In this document: piece after piece, positions 41,429-55,390 of the stretch
Numbering within the stretch: position 1 is the first letter of the stretch
How the letters are laid out: each line of letters starts with the position of its first letter
From: the human T2T-CHM13v2.0 reference genome, Homo sapiens
Length of the DNA stretch: 64,000 nt
Assembly: GCF_009914755.1 (NCBI RefSeq)
Contig: NC_060947.1
Reading direction: 5' to 3' (one strand)
Position numbers and translations under genes: made by a program
The notes under the pieces: generated by a model
The model's database searches: none
What the model saw: the letters and a program-made list of their open reading frames with translations, nothing else
Told to the model about the DNA's origin: nothing

Positions 41429-42888
41429 AGCCAAAGAACGCAAAGTTGTGGGAACTGAAAACGAAACATTTTCTAATGTGTCACTAGGGGTAATAGTGAA
41501 TGGTAACACTGTTATTTCCACCCCTTGATTCCTAGACCCGTAAGTACCAGCTATTGGTGAAATAGCATCACATATTGGACACTGATTCAGAGGACATACA
41601 GCCTTCTGGAGAAACTTGGCCCAGATTTCTAGATATTTCTATCTAGCTGACCCCATAACTGAACCCCTAGGAGGCATTCCACCATTCTGTCCAGCCACCT
41701 CCTTCAGAGTGGTGGGAATCATGGTGAGACAAGTGAATATCACGAGCATGGGACAACTCCAAACTTCTCTGGCTGTGAAGTGAGTTCCTTGATCAGAAGG
41801 ATTGCTATGTGGAATATTATGATGTTGGATAAGGCATCCTGTAACTTCAAGGATGGTAATTTTGGCAGAAACATTGTGTATGAGGAAAGCAAATTTGTAT
41901 CCAGAGTAAGTGTCTATTCAAGTAAATACAAAATAATGCCCTTTCCATGATGGAAGTGATCTAATGAAATCATCCTGCCATCAGGTACTCCAGGAACTAG
42001 TGCCATATTGGGGGCAAATGGCCACTAAACAGTAGCCATAGCCAGTTTGGCCTTCATGAGTAGAAATCCATTTTCCTGAACCCATGCATAACCTACGTCC
42101 CTATTACCATGAGCATGTAGTTCATGAACTAATTGGGTGATGACCAGAGCGGCTGGAGTAAAACAGGTCATCCTATTTACTTGGTTATTAAAATCATAAT
42201 GGCTGATGTTAGCCTTTGGTTAGCATTTGCATGAGACACAAATATATTTACCTTTTTTTCCCACCATTCAGAGAGATAGATCCACAAATTCGTTACCAAT
42301 ATTCCAATCATTTTCCTTCCAAGTCCCTGACTGTCCAGCTAAACCACTGGCTAGAACCCAATATATCTATCAATATATAATTACAGATCTGATCATTTAT
42401 CCTTCCAATAAAAGTGAAAAAACAGATGGACTGCTAGCTATTTTCCCACTGGAAGGATTTTCCTTCATCAATATTTTTTGGGGATGTCCTATAGAGGGCT
42501 ATAGTGTTGCAGATATCCACCTTTGTGTAAAAACCTACGTATCATGCAAAACGATCTGGAAACCAGGCTGGGGTCTTCTTTTCCTTTGTCAACTGATTAT
42601 AGGGAACTCCCCATGGGACCATAGATGCAGGATGAAAGAGAGAATGCAGTGTAACATGAATGTGAACCATGGGACACTTCACAAAATTTACTTGTGCCTT
42701 CAAGGCATGTTCAGGCCTGATTATGTGTATACCACTTAACATTTGATGACAGTACTTTTCTGTACATTTCCAACTTTATAGCCTGGTAGGTTAGATAACA
42801 CCCAGTTCATGATGAGGAGCTCAGGTCATATGCAACTTGATGTCCCATGGTTAAGTATTTAGTCTTTATTAAGGCCCAGTAGCAGAGC
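41429..42888 (-). mobile_element. ERVL internal pol fragment (RNase H to integrase region), no LTR
   Basis: The reverse complement has ctccagaaggctgtatg, ctgaatcagtgtccaatat, ggaatcaaggggtggaa and acccctagtgac. ORF 42542-42742 ends in WGVPYNQLTKEKKTPAWFPD, which is ERVL pol-like. Confidence 0.85.
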
Positions 42889-42891
42889 TGA

Positions 42892-43706
42892 TTTTTTTTT
42901 TCCGTTTTTATAATTACTTTTATTTTGTATTGACTGGGTAAGTATGCAGGGATGTTACCTGGATACACTGCATGATGCTGAGGTTTGGGATATTACTGAT
43001 CTCATAACCAAGGTACTGAGCATAGTACTCAATAGTAAGTTTTTCAAAGCTTGTCTCCCTCCTCCTTCCGCCATCTAGTACTCCCCAGTTTCTATTGTTG
43101 CCATCTTTATGTCTATGAGTACCCAATGTTTAGCTCCCACTTATAAGTGAGGACATGATGCACTTGGTTTTCTGTTCCTGCATTAGTTCACTTAGGATGA
43201 TGGTCTCCAGCTGTATCCATATTGCCACAAAGAACATTCTTTTCTTATGGCTGTGTAGTATTCCACGGTGTATATACACCACATTTTCTTTATCCAATCC
43301 AACACTGATGGGCATTTACGATGAATCTATGTCTTTGCTATTGTGAATAGTCCCACATTAAACATGCAAATGCATGTGTCTTTTGAGAAAAATGATTTAT
43401 TTTTCTTTGGATATACACCCACTAATGGGACTGCTGAATCAAATGGTAGTTCTAGTTTAAATTATTTGAGAAATGTTCAAACTGCTTTCCACAGTGGCTG
43501 AACTAATTTTCATTCCTACCAACAGTGTATAAGCATTCTTTTTTGCTCTGCAGCTTTGCGAGAATCTCGTTTTTTTTTTTTTTTACTTTTTAATAATAGC
43601 TATTCTAACTGGTTGAGATAGTATTTCACTATGGTTTGATTTGCATTCCTCTAATTATTAGTGATGTGGAGCATTTTTAATATGTTTATTGGCCGCTTGT
43701 ATGTCT
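42892..43706 (-). mobile_element. L1PB4/L1PA17-like 3' end
   Basis: Poly-T then tgcatgatgctgaggtttggg, atgtttagctcccacttataagtgag and the ORF2 end. Stops at gcttgtatgtct. Confidence 0.85.
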
Positions 43707-44279
43707 AGAAAAATCAGACTGTTTAAAGTCAAAGTGAAAGAACAAATTCTAAAATCAGCAAGAGACTAATATCTAGTTACCAATAAGAGAAAGACATTCA
43801 GACTAACAGTGGAATTCTCATCAGAAACCTTATAGGTCAGAAAAGAATGGAATGACATATTCAAAGTGCAAAACAAAACAAAACAAAAAATGTCAGCCAA
43901 AAATTCTACATCCAGTAAGGTTAACCTTCAAGAAGGAAGGGTAAATAAAGTCTTTCCCAGACAAGAAACTGCTGAGGAAATTTGCCACCAGTGGACAGCA
44001 CCTACAAGAAATGCTCAAAGGATTTCTAAACATGGAAATGAGTGGATGACATTCACCATCATTAAAAAAAACACAAAAGTATAAAACTTTATAATAAAGC
44101 AATCTCCCAAAGGAGGAAGAGAAAGGAATCAAACGGAACCACTACAGAATTCCACCAAACCACAAAGACAGACAGAAAATGACAAAAACAAAAAATGTAC
44201 AAAACAATAATATGACAGAAACAATACCTTACAAATTAATATCAACCTTGAATGTAAATAAAATAAATTATCCACTTAC

Positions 44280-44585
<306 letters not shown>

Positions 44586-44627
44586 TTAAAAGATATTGAA
44601 TGGCTGAATGAATAAAATATACGATCT

Positions 44628-44928
44628 GGCTAAATGCGTTGGCTCATGCCGTTAATTGCAATATATTGAGAGGTCAAGGCAGGATCACTTGATGCCAAAA
44701 GTTTGAGACCAGCATGGGCAAAATAGCGAGAATCTATTTCTACAAAAAAAAAAAAAAAAAAAAAAGTTTAGCCAGAGGTAGTGGTATGCACCTGTACTCC
44801 TACATAATTGAGAGGCTGAGGCAGGAGGACCACTTGCATCCAGGAGTTCAATGCTGCAGTGAGGCACGATCACAACATTGCACTCCAGCCTTGGTGACAG
44901 AACAAGATTTTGTCTCTGAAACAAAAAA
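44628..44928 (+). mobile_element. AluJ
   Basis: Diverged dimeric Alu with an expanded middle A-tract. Confidence 0.88.
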
Positions 44929-47894
44929 TGTTATCATATTCTGCCAACAAACTCACCTTGCCTATAAGGACACATAGAGAGTGAAAACAAAGAAGTGGAA
45001 AAATATATTCCATGCAAACCAAAACCAGAAGTGAACAAGGGCAGCTATATTTACATGAGATAAAACAAACTTTAAGTCAAAATTATTTTTAAAAAGACAA
45101 TGAAGCTCATTATATAATGATAAGGGAAACAATTCAGCAAGAGGATATAACCATTCTAAATATATATGAACCCAACACTGAAGCACCCAGATTCATTAAA
45201 AAAAAATTACTAGACTGACAAAAAGAGCTAAATGGCAATACAATAATATTAGGCATTCAGCTCACTGATGACAGCATTAGACAGATTACGTAAACCGAAA
45301 ATTGACAAAGAAACGTTGGAAGTAAATTGGACTTTAGACCAAATGGATCTAACATACATTACAGAGCATTATACCTAACAACTGCCAAATATACATTATT
45401 TTCATCAGCACATGCAGTGTTCTCCAAGATAAACCATATGTTAAGCTACAAAACAAGTCTTAACAAATTAAAAAAAATTAAAATCATACCAAGTATCTTC
45501 TCAGCCCACAGAAGAATAAAACAAGAAATCGATACCAACAGCAAATTCAGAAACTATACAAATACATGGAAATTAAAAGACATGCTGCTATACGACTGTG
45601 GAGTAAATGAAACTAATAAGACAGAATTATAATTTGTTTAAAGAAATGAAAAAGAAAACACAACATACCAAAACCTGTGGGATACAGCAAAAGCAGTACT
45701 AAAGGGGAAGTTTATAACATTAAATGCCTGCATCAAAAAGGTAGAAAGATAAAAATTAACTGTCTAACAATGCACCTCAAGGAACTAGAAAAAACAAAAG
45801 CAAAGCAAACACAAAGCTAGCAGACAAAAATAACAAAGATGACAGCAGAACTAAATGAAATTGAGATTAAAAAAATAAGTGTGATGGAAAATTGTTTTTT
45901 CAAATAGATTAACAAAATTGATAAACTGCTAGCTAATTCATCAAGAAAAGAGGAAAGAACCAAATAAAATCAGAAATAAAAACAGAGATATTACAACTAT
46001 ACCACAGAAATGCTAAAGATCACTAGAGACTATTATAAGCTACTATATGCTCACGAACTAGAAAAACTAAAGTGGGCAAATTCCTGGAAACATACAGCCT
46101 GCCAAGATTGAACCAGGAAGAAATAGAAAACCTAGACCGACCTATAATTATTACTGAGATTGAAGTAGTAACAAAAAATTTCCCAAAGCAGAAAAACCCA
46201 AGATCTGATGGATTCACAAATTCTACCAAAAATAAAAGGAAGTACTAATACCATTCCTCCTGAAATTGTTCCAAAGAATCTAGAAGGAGGGAATTCTTCC
46301 TAACTCTTTCTATGAGTACATTATTAAGGACACAACAACAACAATAAAAAAAACCTGCAGATCAAATCCCTGATGAACGTAGATGCAAAATTCCTCAACA
46401 AAATACTAACCAACGGAATCCAACAGCTCATCAAAATGATAATACACCATGATCAAGTGAGTTTTACTCCAGGGTTGCAAGGATGGTTTAACATATGCAG
46501 ATCTATAAATGTGATATATCACATAAACAGAATTAAGGACAAAAAAATATGATTTTCTCTATAGCTGCAGAAAAAGTACTTGATAAAATGCAGCATCCCT
46601 TTACGATAAAAAAATTCTCAACAAACTAGGTATAGAAGGAACATACACCAAAATAATTAAGGCCATATATGACAACTGCACAGCCAACATCATACTGTTT
46701 ATCTAAACTGAAATAGACAAAGTGGGACTTGATTAAACTTAAAACCTTTTGTACATCAAAAGAAATAATCAACAGAATGAACAGTCAACCTGCAGGATGG
46801 AAGAAAATATTTGCAAATGATTCATTCAATGAGGGACTAATACCCAGAATTTACAAGGAACTCAACAATGACAGCAAGAACAACAAACACAAATTTCCAT
46901 TAAAAGTGGGCAAAAGACAAATAGATATTTTTCAAAAATAGACACACAAATAGCCAACAGGCATATGAACAAAGCTCAACATTATTTGCATTTCTCTGAT
47001 GATACCACAATGAGGTATCTTCTACCCAGTCATAATGCCTATTATTAAAAAGACAAACGTTAAATACTGGTGAGGATCTGGAGAAAAGGGAACCCTATAC
47101 TCTGTTGGTGAGAATGTACGTTAGTGCAGCCTCTATGGAAAAAAGTATAGAGATTTCTCAGAGAACTAAAAGTAGAGCAACTATCTGATCCAGCAATCCC
47201 AATATTGGGTATCTTCCCAAAGGGAAAAAAAAGCAACTTATCAAAAAGGTACTTGTACTCATATGTTTATTACAGCACTATTCACAATCACAAAAATGTG
47301 CAACCAACCTAAGTATCCATAAATGGATGACTGAATAAAGAAAATGTGGTATATACACACAATGTAATACCATGCGTATTTAAGTGAGTAATTTAAGTAA
47401 GATAAATTACTCTACCTGATGCTGATTATTTTTATGTAGTAAGAGTAACCAACTCAGTGTGGCACTAGTGGATAGACAGGCACATAATTCAATAAAACAG
47501 AAAAGATAACCCAGAAATACAAAACCATCCTAATATGCCCAACTAAAGCCATAACAAAGAAAGAAATTATGGGAGTATTTTTATAGCAACATGGATAGAA
47601 CTGAAGGTCATTATCTTAAGTGAAAAAATACAGACACAGAAAGTTAAATATTATATATTTTCATTCGTAAGTGGTTGCTAAAAAAAAGTATATACATGGA
47701 TGTGGACAGTGCAGACAGACAATGGAAACTCAGAAGGTTGAGGCAGTGGAAGGGAATGATGATGAGATTACTTAACGGGTACATTGTAGATTATTTGGGC
47801 GATGGATACCATAAAGCTCTGACTTGACCACTGCATAATCTATGCATGTTGAAAAATTGCACTTAGACCCCATACATTTTTACAAAGAAAAGTA

Positions 47895-50800
47895 AAAGAA
47901 ATAGACCAATTACTTAGAAATTGCACTATGCCAAAACTCAACCAAGATGAAATAGTGTGAATAGTCAGTCCCATAATCATTAAATAAATGGAATTTCTAA
48001 TAAAGAAGCTTCCAAAAAGAAATCTCCAAGACTAGATGGTTTCCCCAAAGAACTCTACCAAACATTTAAGGAGTAATTAACACCAATAGTACACAATTGT
48101 TCTAATCAGCTCTTATTCACCCCACTGGTGAAAGATGCTTCTCCCCATACTCCAAAATAAAAAGAAAGCCGAATGCTTGACAATTTATGATGGATAGATG
48201 AAATTAGTAGCACTTTATTAGTGACATAAATTCAAATATTTGGGAAGGACACTGACCATGCATGGAAAGCCACAAAAGTGTTGTGTTCAGAAATAGAATG
48301 AATCAGCTAGGGATGTGGAAGTCAGGCTTTATAGTAAGAATATGGTGAGGTGATCCCTGTTTCTCTCAGTAACATGTGATTTGGTTGTTTGAATAATTTC
48401 AAGAGTTGGCAGGAAGGTGAAACTGATAGGATTGAACTCTAGGCAGTTAAGAGTTGATCTTACTGATAGAGGAACTAGCCAAGTGGGGAAATTTTCCCTC
48501 TGGGTGGAGGTCTATATGGTGAGAGAAGGAAAATTCATGGTTAGGGCATCAAGTCCTTATGAGGCTCTAAGTTGTAAATACAGCACTTGGAATTTTACAG
48601 TTTACAACATAACAGCCTCTTCCATAAAACAGGTGAGGCGGTAACACTATTTAACTCATTTTATCAAGACAGTATTATCCTGATACAAAAGCCAGACAAA
48701 GTCAATAACAAAAATAAAAACCATAAACCAATGTCTTTCATGAACTCATGCACAAAATGTAATTACAATATATAAGAAAACAAATTCAACAATGTATAAT
48801 AAGAAATATGTAGTATGACTGAGTCGGATTTATTTCAAGTATGCAAAAGTGTTTCATCATTCAAAAATCAATTTAAATAATCATGTCAGCAGATTGAAGG
48901 AGAAAGATCATATAATTTTATCAAGTGATGCAAAAATGGGATTGGACAAAATCTAGCACCTACTGATAAAATATAAAACCCTCTCAAAAATTGGAATAGA
49001 GGGGAACTTCCTGAACTTGATGAAGAACATCTTAAAAACCTTACAGTCAGCATCCTACTTAACAATGAAAAACTGAATGTGTTTCCCCTAGATCAGGAAC
49101 AATGAAAAGCTGTTTGCTCTTACCACTTCTAGTCAACATTTTACTGGAGGTTCTATCTAGGGCAATTAGTCCAGAAAGCAAATAAATGGTAATCACATTT
49201 TGGAGGAAAAAATAAATATGTTCCTATTTGTATATACATGATTTTCTCTGAAGAAAATCCCCAAAAGTCAACAACATAACATCTAGAGCTAATGAATTTA
49301 TCAAGATCACAGAATTTATGATCAACACACAAACCTCAATCTCATTTCTATATACTAATTACCACATGGAAACTTAAATTTCAAAATCAAAACAATTTAT
49401 AATTACTCCAAAAAAACTGAAGTACTTAAATATAAACTTAACTAAGTAAGTGCAGGATCTGTATGCTAATAATTACAAAATGCTGAATTTTAAAAATCAG
49501 CAAACACCTAAATAAATGGAGAAACATCCTCGTGAATTGAAAGACTCAACATGGTAAAAATGTGGAAGCCTCTCCAAATTAATCCATAGGTTTAATTATT
49601 AATAACTCCTATCAAAATACCAGAAAGGCTTTTTATGGCTTACAAGGCTTATTTTAAAATGGCAAGGCACAAGACCTAAAATAGCTTAAAAAACTTGAAA
49701 AAACAAAAATTAAGTGAGATAAATTACTCTACCTGATACTAATGATTTTTATGTAGTTAAAGTAACCAAGTCAGTGTGGCAGTAGTGGTAGATAGGCACA
49801 TAATTCAATAAAACAGAAAAGGTAACCCAGAAATACAAAACCATCCTAATATGCCCAACTGAGAGGAGTGCTAAAGCAATTCAATAGTAAAAGGATATCC
49901 TTTTCAACAATTAGTACTAGAGCAACGAAGCACCTAAGGGCAAACAACTACAACAATAACAAAAGCGATACCAAACCAACAAACAAAATACCCTTTTCCT
50001 ATACCTCACACCTCATACAAAAATTTACTTGAAATGGATCATGAACTTGACACCAAAAATATAATCCACAGGAAAAAAAATAACAGAACTAGGCCTCATC
50101 AATTTTTTTGAATTTTCTACAAAAGACCTTGTTAAGAATATGGAAAGACAAGCTACAGAATGGAAGTAGAAACCACATATCCTATAATGGAATAATATAT
50201 TGAATACATGAAGAACTTTCAAAGCTAAACAGTAAAAAAACAAAACAAAACAAAATACAATTATAAATGGACAAAAGACATGAACAGACATTTCACTGTA
50301 GAGTATATACAGATGAAAAATAAGCACATGGGGAGATAATCAACTTCATTAGCCATTAGGAAAATGAAAATTAAAATGATAATTAGTTATCACTGCAGAC
50401 CTGTGAGAATGGTTAAAATAAAAATAAAGTAACATCATCAAATTCTGGCAAGGGTGCAGTAAAATAGAATGTCTCACACATTGCTAGTGGGCATTTTAAA
50501 TGATTAAGTCACTATGGAAAACAGTTTGGCAGTTTGTTGCAAAACAAAACACGCAACTACCACATGACCAAGCAATTTCACCTTTGGAGAAATTGCCCAA
50601 GAAATGAAAATTCATGGAAAATGTGTGTATTCAATGTTTGTAGGAACTTTACTTATAATAACCAAAAACTGAGGATAACCCAAATGTCCTTCAATAAATG
50701 GTTAAATAAACCAGTGTACCATAAACTCAACAAAAAAGGAATGAATTGTTGATACTTATGGTAACTTGGATGAATCTCCAAGGAATTATGCTGAGTGAAA

Positions 50801-51145
50801 TAAGCCAATTACAAAAGGTTATCTATTGTAGAATTTCATGTATATAACATTCTGGACATGATGAAATTATACAAATAGAGAAAAGATAAGTACTTTTCAA
50901 TGGGTCAGTGCCAATGGGTGGTAGTAATGGTAATACATGTGGCTAGAAAAGAGAAAGATATCATTTTGGTGTTGGAACTTTTCTGTACTAATGTCAATAA
51001 CATGGTTCTGATATTGACCTATAGATTTGCAAGATGCTACCATTGTGGAAACTTTTGGAAAGGGAATAACGGAACTTTGTGTTATTTCTTAAAACTGCAT
51101 GCAAATTTTACGTTATCTCAAGATAAAATGTTTAATTTTTAAAAA
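47895..51145 (+). mobile_element. L1MC/L1MD-type ORF2 and 3' end
   Basis: Degenerate ORF2 from gaaatagaccaattac onward. The 3' end reads aaaactgcatgcaaattttacgttatctcaagataaaa. Confidence 0.75.
48098..48614 (-). mobile_element. Probable ERVL-class solo LTR (MER76-like) inserted in L1
   Basis: TG...CA-bounded ~520-bp non-L1 insert. Carries antisense AATAAA (tttatt), TATA (tttata) and a ttggttgtttgaataatttc motif. Confidence 0.45.
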
Positions 51146-52837
51146 GTGCTTCACCTGCTATTAATATTACTATATTTTTTGAAAGTAAAAGAATGCATAG
51201 CTTTTATTCAATGAGTTATCTGCCTCTTGGTGTTCAGGTTTGGGCTGGAAGATTTTGCCCTTTGTGATAATGTTCTCTTCTATATACTGATACGCTTAAC
51301 TAGCATGCAGCTAATTAAGTTTGCAAGCACAAATATATCTCAATTTCCCAAGCACTTCATAATACTCCCAGATACATGCTCAAAATTTTATGTTTTGTTA
51401 GGATTATTCTTAATGCATATATTCATCTGCAGTTGTTAGATGGTGCACTTTAAAGAAAGCTTATTAGCTCAAACCTTGTGCTTGGAAAATATAAATTTGA
51501 GTAACATGAACCATGATAAAGAAACCATCAGGAAATTGTGAGGTAGCAGTTATTTTGCATAAAAGAACAGGCCAGAACACATGTATTATCTGTTTTACGC
51601 TGCAGCAAGCAAACCCAGTTTGTGCAACTTCCACCTGCTGCAGCATTGTTATTCTATAGCTATACTGTTTCTCTCTTTTTTTAATCTTTTTTGCATAATT
51701 ATCACCAAGTATCCTGCATCCTATCTCTTTGCTCTTTCTTGCATGCAGAACATGTTTCCTGCAATCTGTTCTCTTTTCCCTGAATGTCTTCTTAAAGAAA
51801 TCAGTTTACATTGACACTGAGTAGACAGTAGAAGAGTCCTGCTGGGTGCCCTCACCATAACCTGATTTCCTTCCTATTTGTTCCATGGGAAATGATTACC
51901 TGCAGTGTTTAAACACACTTTTAGACTGCTGATTCAGAACTAAGCAACTTAAAAAGCATATAGAAATGGGATTTGCAGGATCATTTGGAATGTTAGAGCT
52001 TTTGCTCAAAGCATTTTTGAACAGCAGTAGTAGTTATTTTTACATAGTGACAGTCAAGTTTGGGATGCAGAAATTCAATTCCATTGTCCTACTCATGGTA
52101 TGCCATGCATGACTCCTACATGTCATGTCCCATCATGATGACATGTGCAATTATTTTTAAATGTTCTTATTTGTACAATATGATTCTCATAGTTTCCAAA
52201 AAATACATTTTATTTCCAAAGGAATTTCTAACTAATTTTACAAATACTTCAGTAGGCTCTGAAGAGCTCTTGAGGTTGTTATTAAGCTTGGAATTATTTG
52301 GAGATGTGGTGTGATTCAAGCCTATAGTTCTCATTGTCAGTTATCTCTTTGCAAAAAGAAATACCAGGGCTTCAGTCATGCTCCCGAAGTTGAGGTAATC
52401 ACTGAAAAAAAAAATTAAAAGAAGGTAATTGGTCCCTTCAGTGCAAAGCTCAAGTGAAAATCCAAGAACAGAATTAATCATAAACACAATAAAATCCTGA
52501 AGTAAGAGAGCTCATATGGTTGTTTCCCATTCAAGATCTACTAGTCTGAAAGTAACGTAGATTCTTTTCCAGGCAAGGTTGTCAATGTAGCAATTCTAAG
52601 CACTACTAAGGTCATACATATTTTTAAAGTCTTTGAGATGTTAATACATTTTGAATAACAGTACTTTATCAGATATGTCTTTTGCAAATATTTTCTCCCA
52701 GTCTGTGGCCTGTCTTCTCTGATTCCCAACAAATCACTTTTGAGGCTCAACGATAAGAAAATTAACAACCTGATTTTTTAAATGGGCAAAAGACCTATAC
52801 AGGCACCTCACCAAAGAAATACAGATAGCAAGTAAAC

Positions 52838-53218
52838 TGTGTTAACCTGTTCCTATTACTATAACAAAAAGTACCTTAGACTGAGTAATTTATAAACAGA
52901 ATTTTATTGCTCACAGTTTGAAGGCTGGGATGTCTAAGATCAAGGCACTGGCAGATTTAGTGTCTGCTAAGGGCTCACTCCTCGTCACTTTCTGTGTGTT
53001 TTTACATAGCAAAAGGGATGAATGCTGTGCCCTCGCATGGCAGAAGGGGCAAGCATGCTCCCTTTAACCTCTTTATAAGGTCACTAAACCCATTAATATA
53101 GATGGAGCCTTCATGACTTATTCACTTCCCAGAAGGCCTCACTTCTTTATACTATAACGTTGAGGATTAAGATATAACATATGAATGCTGTGGGAACATC
53201 ACCATTCAGACCACAGAA
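52838..53218 (-). mobile_element. MSTC/MSTD/MLT1A-like solo LTR
   Basis: ttgctcacagtt...ggctgggatgtctaagatcaaggcactggcagatt. TSD taaac/taagc. Confidence 0.85.
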
Positions 53219-53627
53219 TAAGCATCTGAAAAGGTTCTCAGTATAATATGTGATTAGGGAATTGCAAATTAATAAAACAATTCAATACCACTAAGCAGCT
53301 ATTAGGATAGCAAAAATCCAAAATACTGATAACACCAAATACTGGAAAGGATGTGGAACAACGGGACCTCTAACTCATTGTTGGTGGGAATGCAAAGTAG
53401 TAAAGCCATTTTGGAAGACAGCTTGCCAGTTTCTTATAAAACTAAACACACTTTTACTATATGATACAATAATTGTGCTTTTTGGACTTATTCTAATGAA
53501 TTGAAAAATTATATTGATACAAAAGCTTAAATTTATAACTGCCAAAACTTGGAAATAGTGAAGATGTTCTTCAATAGGGGAGTAGAGAAAATATTATTCA
53601 GCTCTAAAAATAAATTAATTATCAAGC

Positions 53628-54234
53628 TGTCAGAGAAGTTTGAACAAGAATGACTCCATCTTGAATAGGGGCTGGGTAAAATAAGGCTGAGATCTACTGG
53701 GCTGCATTTTCAGGAGGTTAAGGCATTCTTAGTCACAAGATACAGGTCACAAAGACCTTGCTGATAAAACAGCATGCAGTAAAGAAGCTGGCAAAATCCC
53801 ACCAAAAGCAAGGTGGCAATGAAAGTGACCTCTGGTCCTCCTCACTGCTCATTATATGCTAATTATAATGCATTAGCATGCTAAAAGACACACCCACCAG
53901 CACCATGACAGTTTACAAATGCCATGGCAATGTCAGGAAGTTACCCTATATGTTCTAAAAAGGGTAGAAACCCTTAGTTCTGGGAATTTCTCACTCCTTT
54001 CCCTGAAAACTCATGAATAATCCACCCCTTATTTAGCATATAATCAAGAAATAACCATAAAAATAGCTAACCAGCAGCCCTTGAGGCTGTTTTGCTTATG
54101 GAATAGCCTTCCTTTTATTCCTTTACTTTCTTAATAAACTGGTTTTCACTTTACGGATTCACCTCGAATTCTTTCTTGTGCAAGATCCAAGAACCCTCTC
54201 TTGGGGTCTGGATCAGGACCCTTATCCGGTAGCA
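53628..54234 (+). mobile_element. MER41B solo LTR (ERV1)
   Basis: tgtcagag...gactccatcttgaataggggctgggtaaaataaggctgag...gaaccctctcttggggtctggatc. 4-bp TSD AAGC at 53624-53627 and 54235-54238. Confidence 0.92.
53978..54007. promoter_or_regulatory. Tandem GAS (TTCNNNGAA) motifs in MER41B
   Basis: TTCTGGGAA at 53978-53986 and TTCCCTGAA at 53999-54007. Activity is not shown by the sequence. Confidence 0.6.
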
Positions 54235-54857
54235 AAGCCATGAAAAGACATAGAGGAAACAAATACATACTAATATGTGAAAGAAGGCCATTTTAAAAGT
54301 CTGCATACCATTAATATATGAATCCAACTGTATGGCGTTCTGGAAAAAGCAAAACTATGAAGGCAGCAAAAAGACCAGTAGTTTCCAGGGGTTAAGAGGG
54401 AATAAGGGATAAATATATGGAGTACAGAGGACTTTTAGGGCACTGAAATTATTCTGTATGATACTGCAATGGTGGATACATGTCATTATACATTTGTCAA
54501 AACCCATAGAGTTTATAACAAGAGTGAATTATAATGTAAACTATGATCATTAAGTGATGACAACGTGTCAGTGTGGGTTCATCCATTGTAACATATATTA
54601 CACTGTGATGCAAGATGTACATAGTAGGGGAGGTTGTATGTGGGGAGACGGGATTTATGAAAACTCTCTGTACTTTCTGCCCAGTTTTGCTGTGAACCTA
54701 AAACTACTTTAGAAAATACATTTTATTAATTTAAAAATAATAATAAAAATACAAATAAAATGTCTTTGGTCAAAAAAAGTGATAGATTTCTAGGCCATAT
54801 AGCCACACAAATAGCTTACAGTTTCAGCTACTGAAAGATTAAATTTCCAGTTGATTA

Positions 54858-55390
54858 CATTTGATCTAGCAGTCTCACTACTGGGTATCTACCTAAAGGA
54901 AAAAATATCATTGTACCAAAACAATACCGGCACTCATATGTTTATCACGGCACTATTCATGATGGCAAGCATATGGAATCAACGCATGTGTCCATCAATA
55001 AATAACTGAATAAAGAAAGCATGGTGTATATGCAAAATGGAATACTACTCAACCACAAAAAATAATGAAATCATGTTTTTTGCAGCAGCATGGTTGGAAC
55101 TGGAGGCCATTATTTTAAGTGAAACAACTCAGAAACAGAAATAAAAATAGTGCATCTTCTCATTTATAAGTGAGAGCCAAATAATTTGTAACATGGACAT
55201 AGAGTGTGGAATGACAAAGACAATGAAAATTTGGAAGGGGGGCTTCCAGGGGTGTGCATAATAAGAAATTACTTAATGGTCACAATATACATTATTCAGG
55301 TAATGAATAACTCTAAAAGCCCTGACTTCACTGCCATTCAATATATCTATATAACAAAGTTATACTTGTATCCCATAAATTTATACAGAG
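54858..55390 (+). mobile_element. L1MA (L1MA3/4-like) 3' end
   Basis: catttgatctagcagtctcactactgggtatctacc...aaagccctgacttcactg. Confidence 0.8.

Larger units (their letters stand above)
52630..54765 (+). mobile_element. L1MC (L1MC1-like) 3' end with a short 5' inversion (~52630-52718 on minus strand)
   Basis: Minus segment tttgcaaatattttctcccagtctgtggc is followed by plus-strand ctcaacgataagaaaa, the next position in the consensus. 3' end ttttgctgtgaacctaaaactact. Confidence 0.8.

Noticed and set aside
46681-46720. Spliced-L1 explanation for the ~1.1-kb ORF2 gap
   Set aside because: The junction carries ~13 nt of filler and no canonical splice boundaries, so it looks like a repair deletion.
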